From positions 32,001-96,000 of the forward strand of contig JBGPGO010000003.1 of assembly GCA_041483895.1 (NCBI GenBank): a stretch of 64,000 bases of DNA. Direction: 5' to 3'. This stretch comes from Fimbriimonadia bacterium (GTDB taxonomy: Bacteria; Armatimonadota; Fimbriimonadia; Fimbriimonadales; JABRVX01). A program made the position numbers and the translations under genes. The notes below the pieces were generated by a model that was not told the origin of the DNA, ran no database searches, and saw only the letters and a list, made by a program, of their open reading frames with translations. This document shows, in pieces, positions 37,664 through 48,064 of this stretch (its first letter is position 1; every line of letters starts with the position of its first letter).

Positions 37664-39940
37664 ATGACCGCACTGCTGCTAGTTGCCCTATCCGCCATGT
37701 GCCTTCAACAACCCACCACCGAAACCCTGAACGTTGACGGCGACAATGTGCGCATCGTACGAGATGGGTACGGGGTTCCGCACGTCTTCGCGAGCACATG
37801 GAAGGGCCTGTTCCATGGCGACGGATACGCCATCGCCCAGGACCGGCTGTGGCAGATGGAACGCAGCCGCCGGATGGCGCTCGGCCAACTGGCCGAGATA
37901 TACGGTCCCAGTGCGGTGGAGCAGGACAAAACAGCGCGAATCGACGGCTACACGGAAGAGGAGCGAATGCGACAGTTCGCTCGCCTCGCGGAGCCTGTGC
38001 GGGTCGCGATCCAGTCCTATGTAGACGGCATCAACGAATGCATCCGCAAAGGCAAGCTCCCTGGCGAGTTCGCTCAATTCGGGGTTCAGCCGCGCCCTTG
38101 GACAATCAATGATTCCCTGTCTATCGTCCAGTTCATGAGCCGGCGCTTTGGCGTTTTCGGCGAGGGCGAGCTGCGAAACATGGCCGCCTACCTGATGCTG
38201 CAGGGAAAGCTGAAAGACAAGGCGCTAAACGCAATCAACGACATCGCCTGGATGGAGGACCCGGACTCGCCCACTTCTGTCCCCCACCGATCGACGCAGG
38301 GCTTGGTCAAGCCGGTCCCGAAGGCAGTGACCGAAAAGCACCTGGCACTACTGCCAAAGATGAGCGTTCTCGATCTGATGGACGCGATACGGCTTGCCTC
38401 AGCGGAGCCGCAAACGGTGTTTGCCGAGCAGCATGGCCTCTACACCCATTTCGGCAGCTACGCCGTCGCCGTAGACGCCAAGCACTCCCTGAGCGGTCAC
38501 AGCATGCTGCTCGGCGCGCCGCAGATGGGCTGGACCACGCCACAAATCGCCCATGAGGTCCAACTCAGCGGCGGCGGAATCAACGTTACGGGAATGGGGT
38601 TCGCCGGCGTGCCCGGAGTGTTGATCGGATTTACGCCGGATATCGCCTGGACCACCACCTCCGGCCTCGGCGACCTGGCGGATGTGTTCGTGCTGAAGCT
38701 CGATCCCACCAACCCCAAGAACTATCTCTATAAAGGCAAGAGCACGCCGTTTGAGGAGCGTCGGGAGACGATTGCCGTGAAGGGCGCGGACCCGGTGCAG
38801 ATTACCGTTCGGCGGTGCGTGTACGGGCCGGTCCTCAAGGTTGTCGGGGGTCGAATGGCGTTCGCGCGCTGCGCCTCCTACTGGGACAAAGAGCAGGAGA
38901 ATTTCGACGGGTTTTTTGGCTTTTACAGCGCCAAGACGATGGACGATTTCGAGCGGGCGTGCGCGAAAGTGGTCGGCTCGCACAACTTCCTCTGCGCGAC
39001 CAAAGACGGCCAGATCGGCTATTGGTACACGGGCCGGTATCCCATACGGAACCCGGATCTGGACCCGCGCTTCCCGGTCCCCGGCGACGGGGAACATGAT
39101 TGGAAGGGCTTCGTGCCGTTTTCTCAGCTACCCAAGGTGCGAAATCCCGAGCAGGGCTGGCTGGGCAACTGGAACAATAAGCCGGCGCTCGGATATTCCA
39201 ATTCGGACACCCCGGTCTGGGGCGCGCTGCAGCGGTTCCAGATGGTCCAGAACTATTTCCGAGATAAGAAAACAATCTCAATGGATGATCTGCGGGGCCT
39301 GACGCCGACGATTGCGACCACCAACGCGGATGCGGAGTTCATTCTGCCTGTCCTGCTTGCGGCCAAGCCGACCCCTGCGACCGAAACGGCGTTCCGGATT
39401 TTGAAGGCGTGGAATCATCGGGAGATGGAGGGCTGCCCGGCGGCCACTATTTTCGGTACGTTCATGAACAAACTGCGCGACGAGATGTTCCTGCCGCTGC
39501 TTGGCAACTTTGGAAGCGACAGCAGCTTCCGGCAGGTGACGCAGCCGAGCTACATCTACCGGGCGCTGGTTGGGGGTCCGAATAGCATAGGGAAGGGGCT
39601 GGATTATTTCGGTGGGCGCACGCGGGATCAGGTCGTGATTGCGGCGCTGGAGAAGACGGTGACGGAGCTGACCGGCAAATACGGCCCGGATCTGTACGCC
39701 GTTCCTTACCGGGCGGGCCGAATGAGTCTAGCCCCGCTGCCGGATGTTCCGTACAACAATCGCGGGACGTTCATTCAGATTGTCGAGATGTCTGCTGCCG
39801 GCCCGCGCGGCATCAGTGTGTTGTGCCCTGGCCAGAGCGAAGACCCGCTATCCAAACACTATTCCGATCAGCGCGATTTGTCGTCGTGGTGGATCTACAA
39901 GCCGATGTTGTGGCGTGAAGAAGACCTCATCCAAAAGTAG
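37664..39940 (+). CDS. Penicillin acylase family protein (Ntn hydrolase, peptidase S45)
   Basis: I.RD.YGVPH, GYA.AQDRLWQME..RR...G.LAE..G, nucleophile G|SYAVAV, NWNNKP, PGQS......HY.DQ. Confidence 0.93.
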   Translation: MTALLLVALSAMCLQQPTTETLNVDGDNVRIVRDGYGVPHVFASTWKGLFHGDGYAIAQDRLWQMERSRRMALGQLAEIYGPSAVEQDKTARIDGYTEEERMRQFARLAEPVRVAIQSYVDGINECIRKGKLPGEFAQFGVQPRPWTINDSLSIVQFMSRRFGVFGEGELRNMAAYLMLQGKLKDKALNAINDIAWMEDPDSPTSVPHRSTQGLVKPVPKAVTEKHLALLPKMSVLDLMDAIRLASAEPQTVFAEQHGLYTHFGSYAVAVDAKHSLSGHSMLLGAPQMGWTTPQIAHEVQLSGGGINVTGMGFAGVPGVLIGFTPDIAWTTTSGLGDLADVFVLKLDPTNPKNYLYKGKSTPFEERRETIAVKGADPVQITVRRCVYGPVLKVVGGRMAFARCASYWDKEQENFDGFFGFYSAKTMDDFERACAKVVGSHNFLCATKDGQIGYWYTGRYPIRNPDLDPRFPVPGDGEHDWKGFVPFSQLPKVRNPEQGWLGNWNNKPALGYSNSDTPVWGALQRFQMVQNYFRDKKTISMDDLRGLTPTIATTNADAEFILPVLLAAKPTPATETAFRILKAWNHREMEGCPAATIFGTFMNKLRDEMFLPLLGNFGSDSSFRQVTQPSYIYRALVGGPNSIGKGLDYFGGRTRDQVVIAALEKTVTELTGKYGPDLYAVPYRAGRMSLAPLPDVPYNNRGTFIQIVEMSAAGPRGISVLCPGQSEDPLSKHYSDQRDLSSWWIYKPMLWREEDLIQK

Positions 39941-40039
39941 CCGCGGTTCCTCGTTACGACCACTGCTCGAATCGCCCGGTAGCCGCGGTTCCTCGTTCCG
40001 ACCACTTTCTCGAATGCCGACCACAAGAACCGCGTAAAC
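39937..40039. repeat. REP-like repeats left of RAYT
   Basis: GTAGCCGCGGTTCCTCGTT(A/C)CGAC at 39937 and 39979; inverted variant GCCGACCACAAGAACCGCGTA at 40016. Confidence 0.85.
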
Positions 40040-40085
40040 CCGGTGGAAACAGTATGAATCGGCGGGAGGTTGAATCCTCTTGGGC

Positions 40086-40571
40086 ATGGAGCGCGTGAAG
40101 GAAAAGAGACACCGCTTGCCGGCGGCCGCGTACCGAGGAGAGGTGATTGTCGCATTCACCTCCCGCATCGAAGGCGCCGCCGACGCCTTCACGGACGAGC
40201 AACTCGTCGAACGATTCAAGATGTATCTGGAAACATCCGCGAAACGATACCGATGCCTCATTCCCATCTTCTGCTTCATGACGGATCATCTGCATGTGAT
40301 CTTTGAAGGCATATCGGAGAATTCCGACGCGCGTGAGGCCATGATTCGATTCAAGCGATTGACGGGCCGGTGGTTGAGCGAATCCAACAAGGCGTTTCGT
40401 TGGCAAAAAGACTTCTACGATCACATTCTTCGTCCGGATGAGGATGTGCGCAATCAGGTGCGATATATCGCCAACAATCCTGTCCGAAAGAAGTTGGTCG
40501 ATGATTGGACCAAGTACCCGCACACCGGCAGCTTCGGGTATGACCTTCACGATTTGATTGCCTACTCGTAG
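40086..40571 (+). mobile_element. REP-associated tyrosine transposase (RAYT, HUH/Y1 superfamily)
   Basis: FCFMTDHLH (HUH), WQKDFYDHILR, YIANNPV, W..YP; flanked by GTAG repeats. Confidence 0.9.
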
Positions 40572-40578
40572 GTCAGTT

Positions 40579-40679
40579 GGTACGCGGTTCTTGTGGTCGG
40601 CGGATCGGACAGTTATTGGAACGAGGAACCGCGGCTACGAAGGGATTCGGTCAGGGTCGGCACGAGGAACCGCGACTAC
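40579..40679. repeat. REP-like repeats right of RAYT
   Basis: GGTACGCGGTTCTTGTGGTCGGC (40579-601); GGAACGAGGAACCGCGGCTAC (40618-638); GGTCGGCACGAGGAACCGCGACTAC (40655-679). Confidence 0.85.
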
Positions 40680-40763
40680 ATCAGAACTCAACTCAGTGGT
40701 TGCCGGGCGAACGTGGGCCTTTGGGGTTGGTAATTGGTGGGATATCGGCATGCTGGCCCGCGC

Positions 40764-41768
40764 CTACCGAGTTGATACGAAGCGCAAAATCGTGCCGAGC
40801 AGCCTCGATGGCTGTTCGTAGAACGCGAAGTGGCCGCAGTTTTCGATCATCTCGATCTGCGCGCCCTTGATTCCCGCCTTCGTCTTGTACATCTGCTCCG
40901 GTGTGATCACCCCATCGGCCTTGCCGCCAATCAAGAGGGTGGGGACGGAGATTTTTGCCAGCGTCGATGAAAGGTCCATTTCCAGATAGTTGTCGTTCTG
41001 TACCAGGGCCAGGCTGGGTTCCGAAGCCAGGTTCATCACTTCCGGCTTGAATTTGTACTTTTCCAGCTCAGCCTGCAGCTTCTTCAGCTCACCCATCATG
41101 GTGGGAGATTTGGCGTCGGCAAAGTAGAGCTGCGCCTCATTCAGCGCCAGGGAATAGGCGCCGGCCAGCCGCCGGGGATCGTTCTGCTTCAGCTTCATGA
41201 AGTCTTTGACCATGCTAAGCATCTTCGGCGCTTGGTCGCGTTCCGTCACACTTGCCGACTTTTTCCATGTGTTGAACTTGGCCTCGGCGTTGCGCAGAAT
41301 GTCGCCCGTCATCGCCGGCACGGAGGTTACCGGGCTGATGGCGACGAAGAATGTCACGCTTTCCGGGTGCTCGGCTGCGTACTTTATTCCGAGCGCGCCG
41401 CCGAAGGAATGGCTGATGACGCCCCATTGCTTGATTCCCAAATTCTTCCGCACGCCGTCGATGTCGGCAACCAGGGCTTCCATCGAGCACTTCTTAATGC
41501 CGTCGCTCGTGAGATGCTCCGATGCCCCGCAGCCGCGCTGATCCAGGTACACCATGTTGAGTGTGCCTTCCAGGTCCGCCCCGGTCGTCGCCATAAAGGG
41601 CAGCGAGGAGTAGCCGGGTCCGCCATGCAGGAAGATGGCGTAAGGGTTCGCCGGGTCCTTCCCGCGAACGTGGAAGTGGAGCTTCGCGCCGTTGATCTCG
41701 ACGTCGTACTGCTTGTCGATCGGTTCCACGGCACCGGCCAGCAGGCATAGGGCAATAAGGTGCATCAT
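40764..41768 (-). CDS. Alpha/beta hydrolase, proline iminopeptidase-like, probably exported
   Basis: FLHGGPG, YLDQRGCG.S, SHSFGG, G.AD, CGHF..YEQP. Confidence 0.88.
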   Translation of the reverse strand: MMHLIALCLLAGAVEPIDKQYDVEINGAKLHFHVRGKDPANPYAIFLHGGPGYSSLPFMATTGADLEGTLNMVYLDQRGCGASEHLTSDGIKKCSMEALVADIDGVRKNLGIKQWGVISHSFGGALGIKYAAEHPESVTFFVAISPVTSVPAMTGDILRNAEAKFNTWKKSASVTERDQAPKMLSMVKDFMKLKQNDPRRLAGAYSLALNEAQLYFADAKSPTMMGELKKLQAELEKYKFKPEVMNLASEPSLALVQNDNYLEMDLSSTLAKISVPTLLIGGKADGVITPEQMYKTKAGIKGAQIEMIENCGHFAFYEQPSRLLGTILRFVSTR

Positions 41769-41856
41769 ATTAGAATTATGGACATTTCTGGGAAATGGCT
41801 TGAGGTTTTGCCGCCGCTATGCGGCGCAAGCTGGGTCTGGCTGTAAAATGGCAGTG

Positions 41857-42861
41857 ATGAAGCCGTTTTGGATTGGTTCCGTGCTCGTGGACCCTCCTGT
41901 GGTTCTGGCCCCGATGGAGGATGTAACCAACATTGCCTTCCGGCTCCTGGCGAAGGAGATCGGAGGGCCCGGCCTCATGTTCACGGAGTTCATCAGCGCC
42001 AACGCGATCCACTATGGGGCGGACAAGAGCCGGCGGAAGATGACGGTGGATGAGCGCGAGCGGCCGCTCGGGATCCAGATTTTTGGGTCCGATCCGGCGA
42101 TCATGGCGGAGACGGCGCGTATCGCGGAGGATATGGGAGCCGATCTCGTGGATATCAACATGGGCTGCTGGGTCCCGAAGGTGGTTCGTTTGGGCAGCGG
42201 CGCGGCTCTGTTGAAAGAGCCGGACGCGGCGGCGGCGGTCGTTGAGGCGGTCGCCGGCGCGGTCAAAATCCCGGTCACGGTCAAGCTTCGAGCGGGATGG
42301 GACCATTCCCAACTCGCGGCTCCCGAACTTGCCCCCCGATTCGAATCCGCCGGCGCCCAGGCCATTACTCTGCATGCCCGCACCGCGCGTCAAGGGATGG
42401 GAGGGGCGGCCGATTGGAATCTGATCGCCGACATCAAAACGCGGGTCAAGGTGCCGGTCATGGGCAATGGAGATATACGCGCGCCGGAAGATGCGGAGCG
42501 GATGCTGCTCGAAACCGGCTGCGACGGGGTGATGATCGGCAGAGCGGCGGTGTCGAACCCGTGGTTCCTCCGAAGCGTTGCGGCCTATCTTGGCGGGGAG
42601 CCCCTGCCGCCGGAGCCGACCATGGAAGAGCGGCGAAACGTGGCTCTTCGCCATGTCCGCGCGCATGTGGAATTCTTGGGCGACGAGAGGCGGGCGGTAT
42701 CCAGTCTGCGAGGGCAATTGACCGGATATTTGAAGGGTTTCGAACGCGCTGCGGCGTATCGGGAGCGGCTTTGCCGGGCGTCGAGCATCGCGGAAGTCGA
42801 TGCAATTTTGTGGGAGGCGGGCCAAAAGTCCCACGGGCAAAATCTGGCCGCAAAATTCTGA
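41857..42861 (+). CDS. dusB: tRNA-dihydrouridine synthase B
   Basis: LAPME.VT, QIFGSDP, DINMGC.V.KV...GSGAALL, VTVK.R.GW, LHART, GNGDI, DGVMIGRA...NPW. Confidence 0.93.
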   Translation: MKPFWIGSVLVDPPVVLAPMEDVTNIAFRLLAKEIGGPGLMFTEFISANAIHYGADKSRRKMTVDERERPLGIQIFGSDPAIMAETARIAEDMGADLVDINMGCWVPKVVRLGSGAALLKEPDAAAAVVEAVAGAVKIPVTVKLRAGWDHSQLAAPELAPRFESAGAQAITLHARTARQGMGGAADWNLIADIKTRVKVPVMGNGDIRAPEDAERMLLETGCDGVMIGRAAVSNPWFLRSVAAYLGGEPLPPEPTMEERRNVALRHVRAHVEFLGDERRAVSSLRGQLTGYLKGFERAAAYRERLCRASSIAEVDAILWEAGQKSHGQNLAAKF

Positions 42862-42998
42862 ACCAAAGAACGGAATTGGTCGTCTAAAGCTGTGAGACAA
42901 AAAGACAGTACCTACACCCACACCCGTAACAAATGCTCCGAACCGAGACGGTCACGGAGTTCCCAAGCGGGCGGTCCGGTCCCCGGATCGCCCGCTTT

Positions 42999-43907
42999 TC
43001 ATTCCCCGTCGTGATGGATTTTCTGATGCAGCAGTTCGGCTTCGTAGGGCTCGAAATGAATTGTGATTTGCAGGTCGGGAAACGCTTCCCGGGCGCGCTC
43101 TTCCAACGCCTCCGTAATCTGGTGTGCCTCAATCAGGGTAAGGCTGTCCGGCAACTGCACATGGACATCGACGTGCCGCTCTCGGCCACCCCTCCTCGTG
43201 CGAAGTTTGTGATAGCTGCGAACCGCTGGGTGGGAAGCCAGAATTTCCCGAATTTTCGCCTCCTCATTGCTGGGCAGCGACGCGTCCATGAGCGGCTGCA
43301 CCGATTCTCTCACCAAGTGCCAGGATGTTCGGATAATCAATATCGAAACGGCGAAAGCCGCTATCGAATCGAATATCGCGGAACCGGTCTGGCGGACCAA
43401 GAAGAGGCCGGCGAGCACGCCAAGCGATGTCCAAACGTCTGACAGAAGGTGGTATCCGTCGGCCTTGAGCGCGGGGGATTCGGTCCGTTTGGCGGTTCTG
43501 AGCAGGTAGGTCGAGAGGATCACGTTGACACCCGCCGACACCAACATGAGCACGATTGCCGGGCCGACTTGCAGTTCATGTCGGCGGATGAGCGCTGCAA
43601 CGGCCTCGACGATGACGACAATCGCTCCGGCGAAGATCAGAATTCCTTGCACGAGCGCGGAGAGGTTTTCGGCTTTTCCATGACCATACGGATGATCCAC
43701 ATCGGCCGGCGCTTCGGCGGTACGTATGGCGAAATAGGCAAGAAGGCTCGCCACGAGGTCGGACGCCGAGTGGATCGCCTCCGACATGACGCTGACCGTG
43801 TGCGTAAGCAGGCCGATCACCAGCTTCGCAAGGGTGAGAAAGCTGTTGGATGCGATCGACATCTGAGCAGCGCGCAGCTTGGCTCGTTTTGAATCCGTCG
43901 GGATCAC
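42999..43907 (-). CDS. Cation diffusion facilitator family transporter (FieF-like)
   Basis: SEAIHS.SD, PAD.DHPYGHGKAE, ADGYHLLSD, LRTR..G....VDVH, IHFEP. Confidence 0.93.
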   Translation of the reverse strand: MIPTDSKRAKLRAAQMSIASNSFLTLAKLVIGLLTHTVSVMSEAIHSASDLVASLLAYFAIRTAEAPADVDHPYGHGKAENLSALVQGILIFAGAIVVIVEAVAALIRRHELQVGPAIVLMLVSAGVNVILSTYLLRTAKRTESPALKADGYHLLSDVWTSLGVLAGLFLVRQTGSAIFDSIAAFAVSILIIRTSWHLVRESVQPLMDASLPSNEEAKIREILASHPAVRSYHKLRTRRGGRERHVDVHVQLPDSLTLIEAHQITEALEERAREAFPDLQITIHFEPYEAELLHQKIHHDGE

Positions 43908-44017
43908 GTAGCGATTATGGGCATCCTAGCCGCACGATACGGATCGAAACGGAGCATAGCCCTAGAAATTTCTCTGGGCTCTGAGGCTGGAAAGTTAAGA
44001 AAATGGTTCAAATTAAC

Positions 44018-44046
44018 TCGCCATCCGAGGAAAGTTGCGGTATTAT
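44018..44046 (+). promoter_or_regulatory. Possible sigma70-type promoter with no clear downstream gene
   Basis: TCGCCA (44018-23), 17-bp spacer, TATTAT (44041-46), with an AT-rich upstream tract. Confidence 0.4.
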
Positions 44047-44431
44047 GAGACGAGAAAGCGGTGTACCCGGCGAAAGTCGCTGGTTGCCGCATAGTTGCTT
44101 TGTTCTCTCGAAGGAGAGCTTATTGTGTGCATTGGATGGGGAGCCTTTCCCCCTGGGGGTAAGGTGCAACGCTTAGAAGCTTATCTTTTCGGTATTGCTT
44201 TTAGGAACGCAGGCCGCTACCGGATGGCTTGGAACGGTCGAACTCGTCCCCCGCATCGATTTCTCCCTTCTTGCTGTTGTCAACTCTGGCTATTGTTGCG
44301 CGCTATGCGCATCGCGGACTCCCGCACGAGCAGCAGATTGACGTGGTTGGCCGATCGCCGGGGGGCGCCTTCTGCCCAAACCCAACGACCGGTCGAATTC
44401 ACGCGATTTTCGCTTGGTCAGAGTGAAACAT

Positions 44432-44471
44432 GGGGCGGAGGCCCCACCAGGTGCCTCCGCCCAACTTTTTT
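44432..44471 (+). terminator. Intrinsic terminator-like hairpin
   Basis: GGGCGGAGGC...GCCTCCGCCC, 10-bp stem, followed by AACTTTTTT on the + strand. Confidence 0.65.
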
Positions 44472-44493
44472 CCACTGATTTTGTGACCGCGAC

Positions 44494-46293
44494 TTACGCT
44501 TTGTATTCGCTCCAGAGCTTCTCGAATTCCTCGACCCGGCTATGCAAAGCCTTGAATCCGCCACGCCAGAAGTCCGCGGACCGAATGTCGATGCCAACAG
44601 TCGACATCAGCTCGTGGGGCGATCGGCTGCCGCCGGCACGCAGTAGGTCCAGATATTTGTCCGCAAAGCCAGGGCCCTGGTCCCGAGCCATCTGATAGAG
44701 GGACAGCACAAGCAGCTCCCCAAACGAGTACGCGTACACGTAGAACGGGCTGAAGATGAAATGCGGAACGTACGACCACCAGGATCGGTGCTCCTCGCCC
44801 AGCTTCACAGCCGAGCCGAACATGGCCTGTTGACGCTTGTGCCAATACTCACCCAACTCGCCGGCCTTCAATTCGCCCTTCGACCGTCGATGATTGTGTG
44901 CGTCCTGCTCGAACCGGTACATCGCCGCCTGCCGGAAGATGGTCGCGAACGACCCCTCGATGTTCTCGGCGTACATCGCCAGGCGATCCTTCAGCGATGC
45001 CTTCTCCTGCAACGCATCGAATACCAGCATCTCGCCGAAGGTGCTGGCAAGCTCCGCCAATGGAAGCGTGCTGTGAAAGTTCAGGTAGGTTTGGGTGCGG
45101 GACAGGGAACCGTGAACTCCGTGGCCCAATTCGTGCGCCAGGGTCAGGACGCCATCCATTTTGCCAAGGTAGTTCATGAAGACGTAGGGATGGAGATCGG
45201 TCGTGATGGAGGTGCAGTAGGCGCCGCCCATCTTTCCGGGACGCGGCTCGGCGTCGATCCATTCCTTGTCGAAAAACTCCAGCGCTGCATTGCGGAGATC
45301 GGGGGAGAAGCGGCCAAAGCTGTCCAATACCATCTCTTTCGCGGATTCCCAGCCTACCGAACCCTCCGTTTCGAAGAGCGGAGCGTATCGGTCGTAGTGG
45401 GTGAGTTCGGACAGGCCTAGGATATCGCGCTTAAGATGGTAATAGCGTTCACAGATCGGATGGTTCTCTTCGCAGAGCTTCATCACCATCTCGACGGTCT
45501 CTTCTTCCAATTCATTCGCGATATGTCGGGACTGTTGCGGTTCTCTTAGGCCGCGCAGGCGGTCGTTCGTGGCTTTGTCTAGTAGGAGCGTATTGAACGT
45601 GAGGACCAGTACTCGCTCCAGCTCGGCCAGCCCCTTGGTCAGGGTGGTGGCGGCGGCGCGGCGTAGATCGCGGTCTGGCTCCCGCAGTTTGTCCAGCAGC
45701 TCAGGCTCCGTGAGATCTTCCACCTCACCGTTGAACTCCAGCTTGAAGACGTGGTTCGAGACGATATCGGAGAACAGGCGGCCGAATGCCCGGCAGCCAG
45801 TGGTCCTCATCTCCTCGACGATGCGCTCTTCGGGTTCGGTGAGCGTGAAGTCTTTGTAGGCTCGCGCCGCGATGACATAGTGGCGGTAGTTCTCCAGCAT
45901 CGGATTGGAGAGCAGCCGCTGCATGACGCCATCATCGAGTTTCAATAGCTCGAGTGCGAAGAAGATCGTATGGATGCCGATGGACGTGCATCGCTCCTCG
46001 ATTTTCTGCATGAACGCGCCAATGTCAGGATCGCTCGTGTCGGCGGAAAAGACCATGTGTGCGTAGGACTGTGGCTTAGCGCCCTCCTCGTCCAGCGCTT
46101 CGTATTCCTGGATCGCGGTAAGCAAAGTATCGGCGGTCACGTCGGGCGTATTGATTTTGCCTTTGAATCGATTCGAAAAGGCCTTTGCCTTGGCCTCCAA
46201 TGAGTCCAAATGTTGGTCGATTCGTGGATCGGCGATGGAACTGTAAAGATCGGACAGGACCCACTTTGGGGCGGTCGGTACGGCGGTCGTCAT
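44494..46293 (-). CDS. M3B oligoendopeptidase (PepF family)
   Basis: W.LSDLY, WID...R.GK.GGAY, TLAHELGHG.H, LAE.ASTFGE, WSY.PHF...PFYVYAY; RBS AAGGAG. Confidence 0.95.
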   Translation of the reverse strand: MTTAVPTAPKWVLSDLYSSIADPRIDQHLDSLEAKAKAFSNRFKGKINTPDVTADTLLTAIQEYEALDEEGAKPQSYAHMVFSADTSDPDIGAFMQKIEERCTSIGIHTIFFALELLKLDDGVMQRLLSNPMLENYRHYVIAARAYKDFTLTEPEERIVEEMRTTGCRAFGRLFSDIVSNHVFKLEFNGEVEDLTEPELLDKLREPDRDLRRAAATTLTKGLAELERVLVLTFNTLLLDKATNDRLRGLREPQQSRHIANELEEETVEMVMKLCEENHPICERYYHLKRDILGLSELTHYDRYAPLFETEGSVGWESAKEMVLDSFGRFSPDLRNAALEFFDKEWIDAEPRPGKMGGAYCTSITTDLHPYVFMNYLGKMDGVLTLAHELGHGVHGSLSRTQTYLNFHSTLPLAELASTFGEMLVFDALQEKASLKDRLAMYAENIEGSFATIFRQAAMYRFEQDAHNHRRSKGELKAGELGEYWHKRQQAMFGSAVKLGEEHRSWWSYVPHFIFSPFYVYAYSFGELLVLSLYQMARDQGPGFADKYLDLLRAGGSRSPHELMSTVGIDIRSADFWRGGFKALHSRVEEFEKLWSEYKA

Positions 46294-46450
46294 GCGCAGG
46301 TCTCCTTGAGCGGCAAGTGTATGGCGTAGGTATACCGCAATCATCGGTTCGATTGTCCAGGGGCCCACGTACTCCCTCCCCCGGCTGGCGGCTGTGGAAA
46401 ACGTAGGCTTGTGAGGCAGGACAGTCGGTTGTCAACCAGAATCGTAATCC

Positions 46451-48064
46451 ATGCGCCGTACCATAACAATCGTTTCGCTGCTTGTTGCCACGTTCGCGAC
46501 CGCCCAGGAAGACCGCGGCGTGCTCGGAAGCCTCGCCAAGCCGATGGATGGCCGAAGCATGCGCGCCACCTCGACCATGCGCGAAGGGCCGGATGGGAAG
46601 TATGATTCCAAAGCCTTCCCCAAGGGGGATCTGGAAGAGAAAAGCAACTACGACAATTTTCGTGTCGCGCCCGGCCAGACCCATGTGCTGATGGATGTCA
46701 AAGGACCCGGCGTGATTACCCATATATGGCTGACGTTTCTTGGGCCGGAGCCGCAGGGATGGGCCAAGGAGGGTTCGGCAACGCACCAGGATATGCTGCT
46801 GCGAATCTATTGGGATGGGAGCGACAAGCCCGGGGTTGAGGCACCAGTCGGGGATTTTTTTGCGAACTGTTTTGGGATTCGCAGCGAGGTGATCAGTCTG
46901 CCGGTTCTTGTCGAGGATGCCGATTCGTACAACTGTTATTGGCAGATGCCGTTTCGAAAGTCCGCGCGGGTGGAGATCGTCAATCAGGGCACGAAGAATA
47001 TCAATCTTCTCTATTACAATATCGATTGGATCAAGCGGGTTAGCCTGCCGAAAGACACCCCCTATTTTTATGCGCAATATCGGCAGGAGTACCCGGTGGA
47101 GCATAGCAAGGACTACGTGTTACTGGATACCAAGGGCAAGGGGCACTATGTGGGGACGGTGCTGGCGGTGCGCACGCGAAGCCCTTCTTGGTTTGGCGAG
47201 GGGGACGAGAAGATATATATAGATGGCGAGGAACATGCGTCGATTTGGGGGACGGGGACGGAGGACTATTTCCTTTCCGCGTGGGGGCTGAAGAAGACCA
47301 GCACGCCCTATTTTGGGGTGCCCTATTTTGATCAGTGGGGCATCGTCGGCGGGCATACCAGCGCGTACCGATGGCATATCAACGATCCCATTGTGTTTCA
47401 AAAAGGGATCAGAGTGACCATCGAGCACTTCGGTTGGATCTCGTCCGATGAGAACCCGAAGCATCAGACGAATAGTTGGAACGAGCGCCAGGACGACTAT
47501 TCCAGTGTGGCGTTTTGGTATCAGTCGGGGACGCCGACGTTTACCGCACGCGCGCCGTCGGGGGCTGAACGGCGGCTGCCGAATATCGAGCGATTGGTCT
47601 CTTATGCCCGCGATGGTGCGACCCACGGCGTGGGCCCGGCGGAAAACCAGCAGCTTGATCTGTATGATGGTCCGCAGGTCTTGTACCGACCGGCGGCGCA
47701 AGAGGGGGCTTGGCTGGAGGTTCCGTTTGAGGTGAAGAAAAAGGAGCCGCTTCGGTTGCTTCTCGATATGACCAAGTCGTTTGATTTCGGCCGGTATCAG
47801 GCGTATTTGAACGGCATCAAGTTGGGCGGACCCTTCGATTTGTATAGCAAGGATGTTGAGAACGTGGAGGTGCATCTGCTGGACTTCTGGCCGGACCCGG
47901 GGAAGTACACATTGCGGCTGGAATGCGTCGGGAAGAACATCGTCTCGTCCGGCTATTTCCTTGGGATCGAGTCGGTGCGTCTGCGCGAACGCCGCCCGCG
48001 CGTGACGGAGTTTGGTTGGGATAAGGATAAGGATTGGAAGAAAGAGCCGACGTTGTATGAATGA
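46451..48064 (+). CDS. DUF2961 / glycoside hydrolase family 172 protein, secreted
   Basis: GPGVI.HIW.T, LRIYWDG, P.GDFF, NCYWQMPF, GHYVG, WFGEGD, GTGTEDYF, YRWH..DPI.F. Confidence 0.9.
   Translation: MRRTITIVSLLVATFATAQEDRGVLGSLAKPMDGRSMRATSTMREGPDGKYDSKAFPKGDLEEKSNYDNFRVAPGQTHVLMDVKGPGVITHIWLTFLGPEPQGWAKEGSATHQDMLLRIYWDGSDKPGVEAPVGDFFANCFGIRSEVISLPVLVEDADSYNCYWQMPFRKSARVEIVNQGTKNINLLYYNIDWIKRVSLPKDTPYFYAQYRQEYPVEHSKDYVLLDTKGKGHYVGTVLAVRTRSPSWFGEGDEKIYIDGEEHASIWGTGTEDYFLSAWGLKKTSTPYFGVPYFDQWGIVGGHTSAYRWHINDPIVFQKGIRVTIEHFGWISSDENPKHQTNSWNERQDDYSSVAFWYQSGTPTFTARAPSGAERRLPNIERLVSYARDGATHGVGPAENQQLDLYDGPQVLYRPAAQEGAWLEVPFEVKKKEPLRLLLDMTKSFDFGRYQAYLNGIKLGGPFDLYSKDVENVEVHLLDFWPDPGKYTLRLECVGKNIVSSGYFLGIESVRLRERRPRVTEFGWDKDKDWKKEPTLYE

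Noticed and set aside
39937..40679. Spaced ~24-bp repeats as a CRISPR array
   Set aside because: Mixed orientations, short non-unique spacers and no cas genes; they flank a RAYT.
44026..44458. GAGGAAAGT as RNase P RNA, or CCCCACCA as a tmRNA/tRNA end
   Set aside because: The other conserved RNase P motifs and a T-arm (GTTCRA) are absent; the first motif lies within the predicted promoter spacer.
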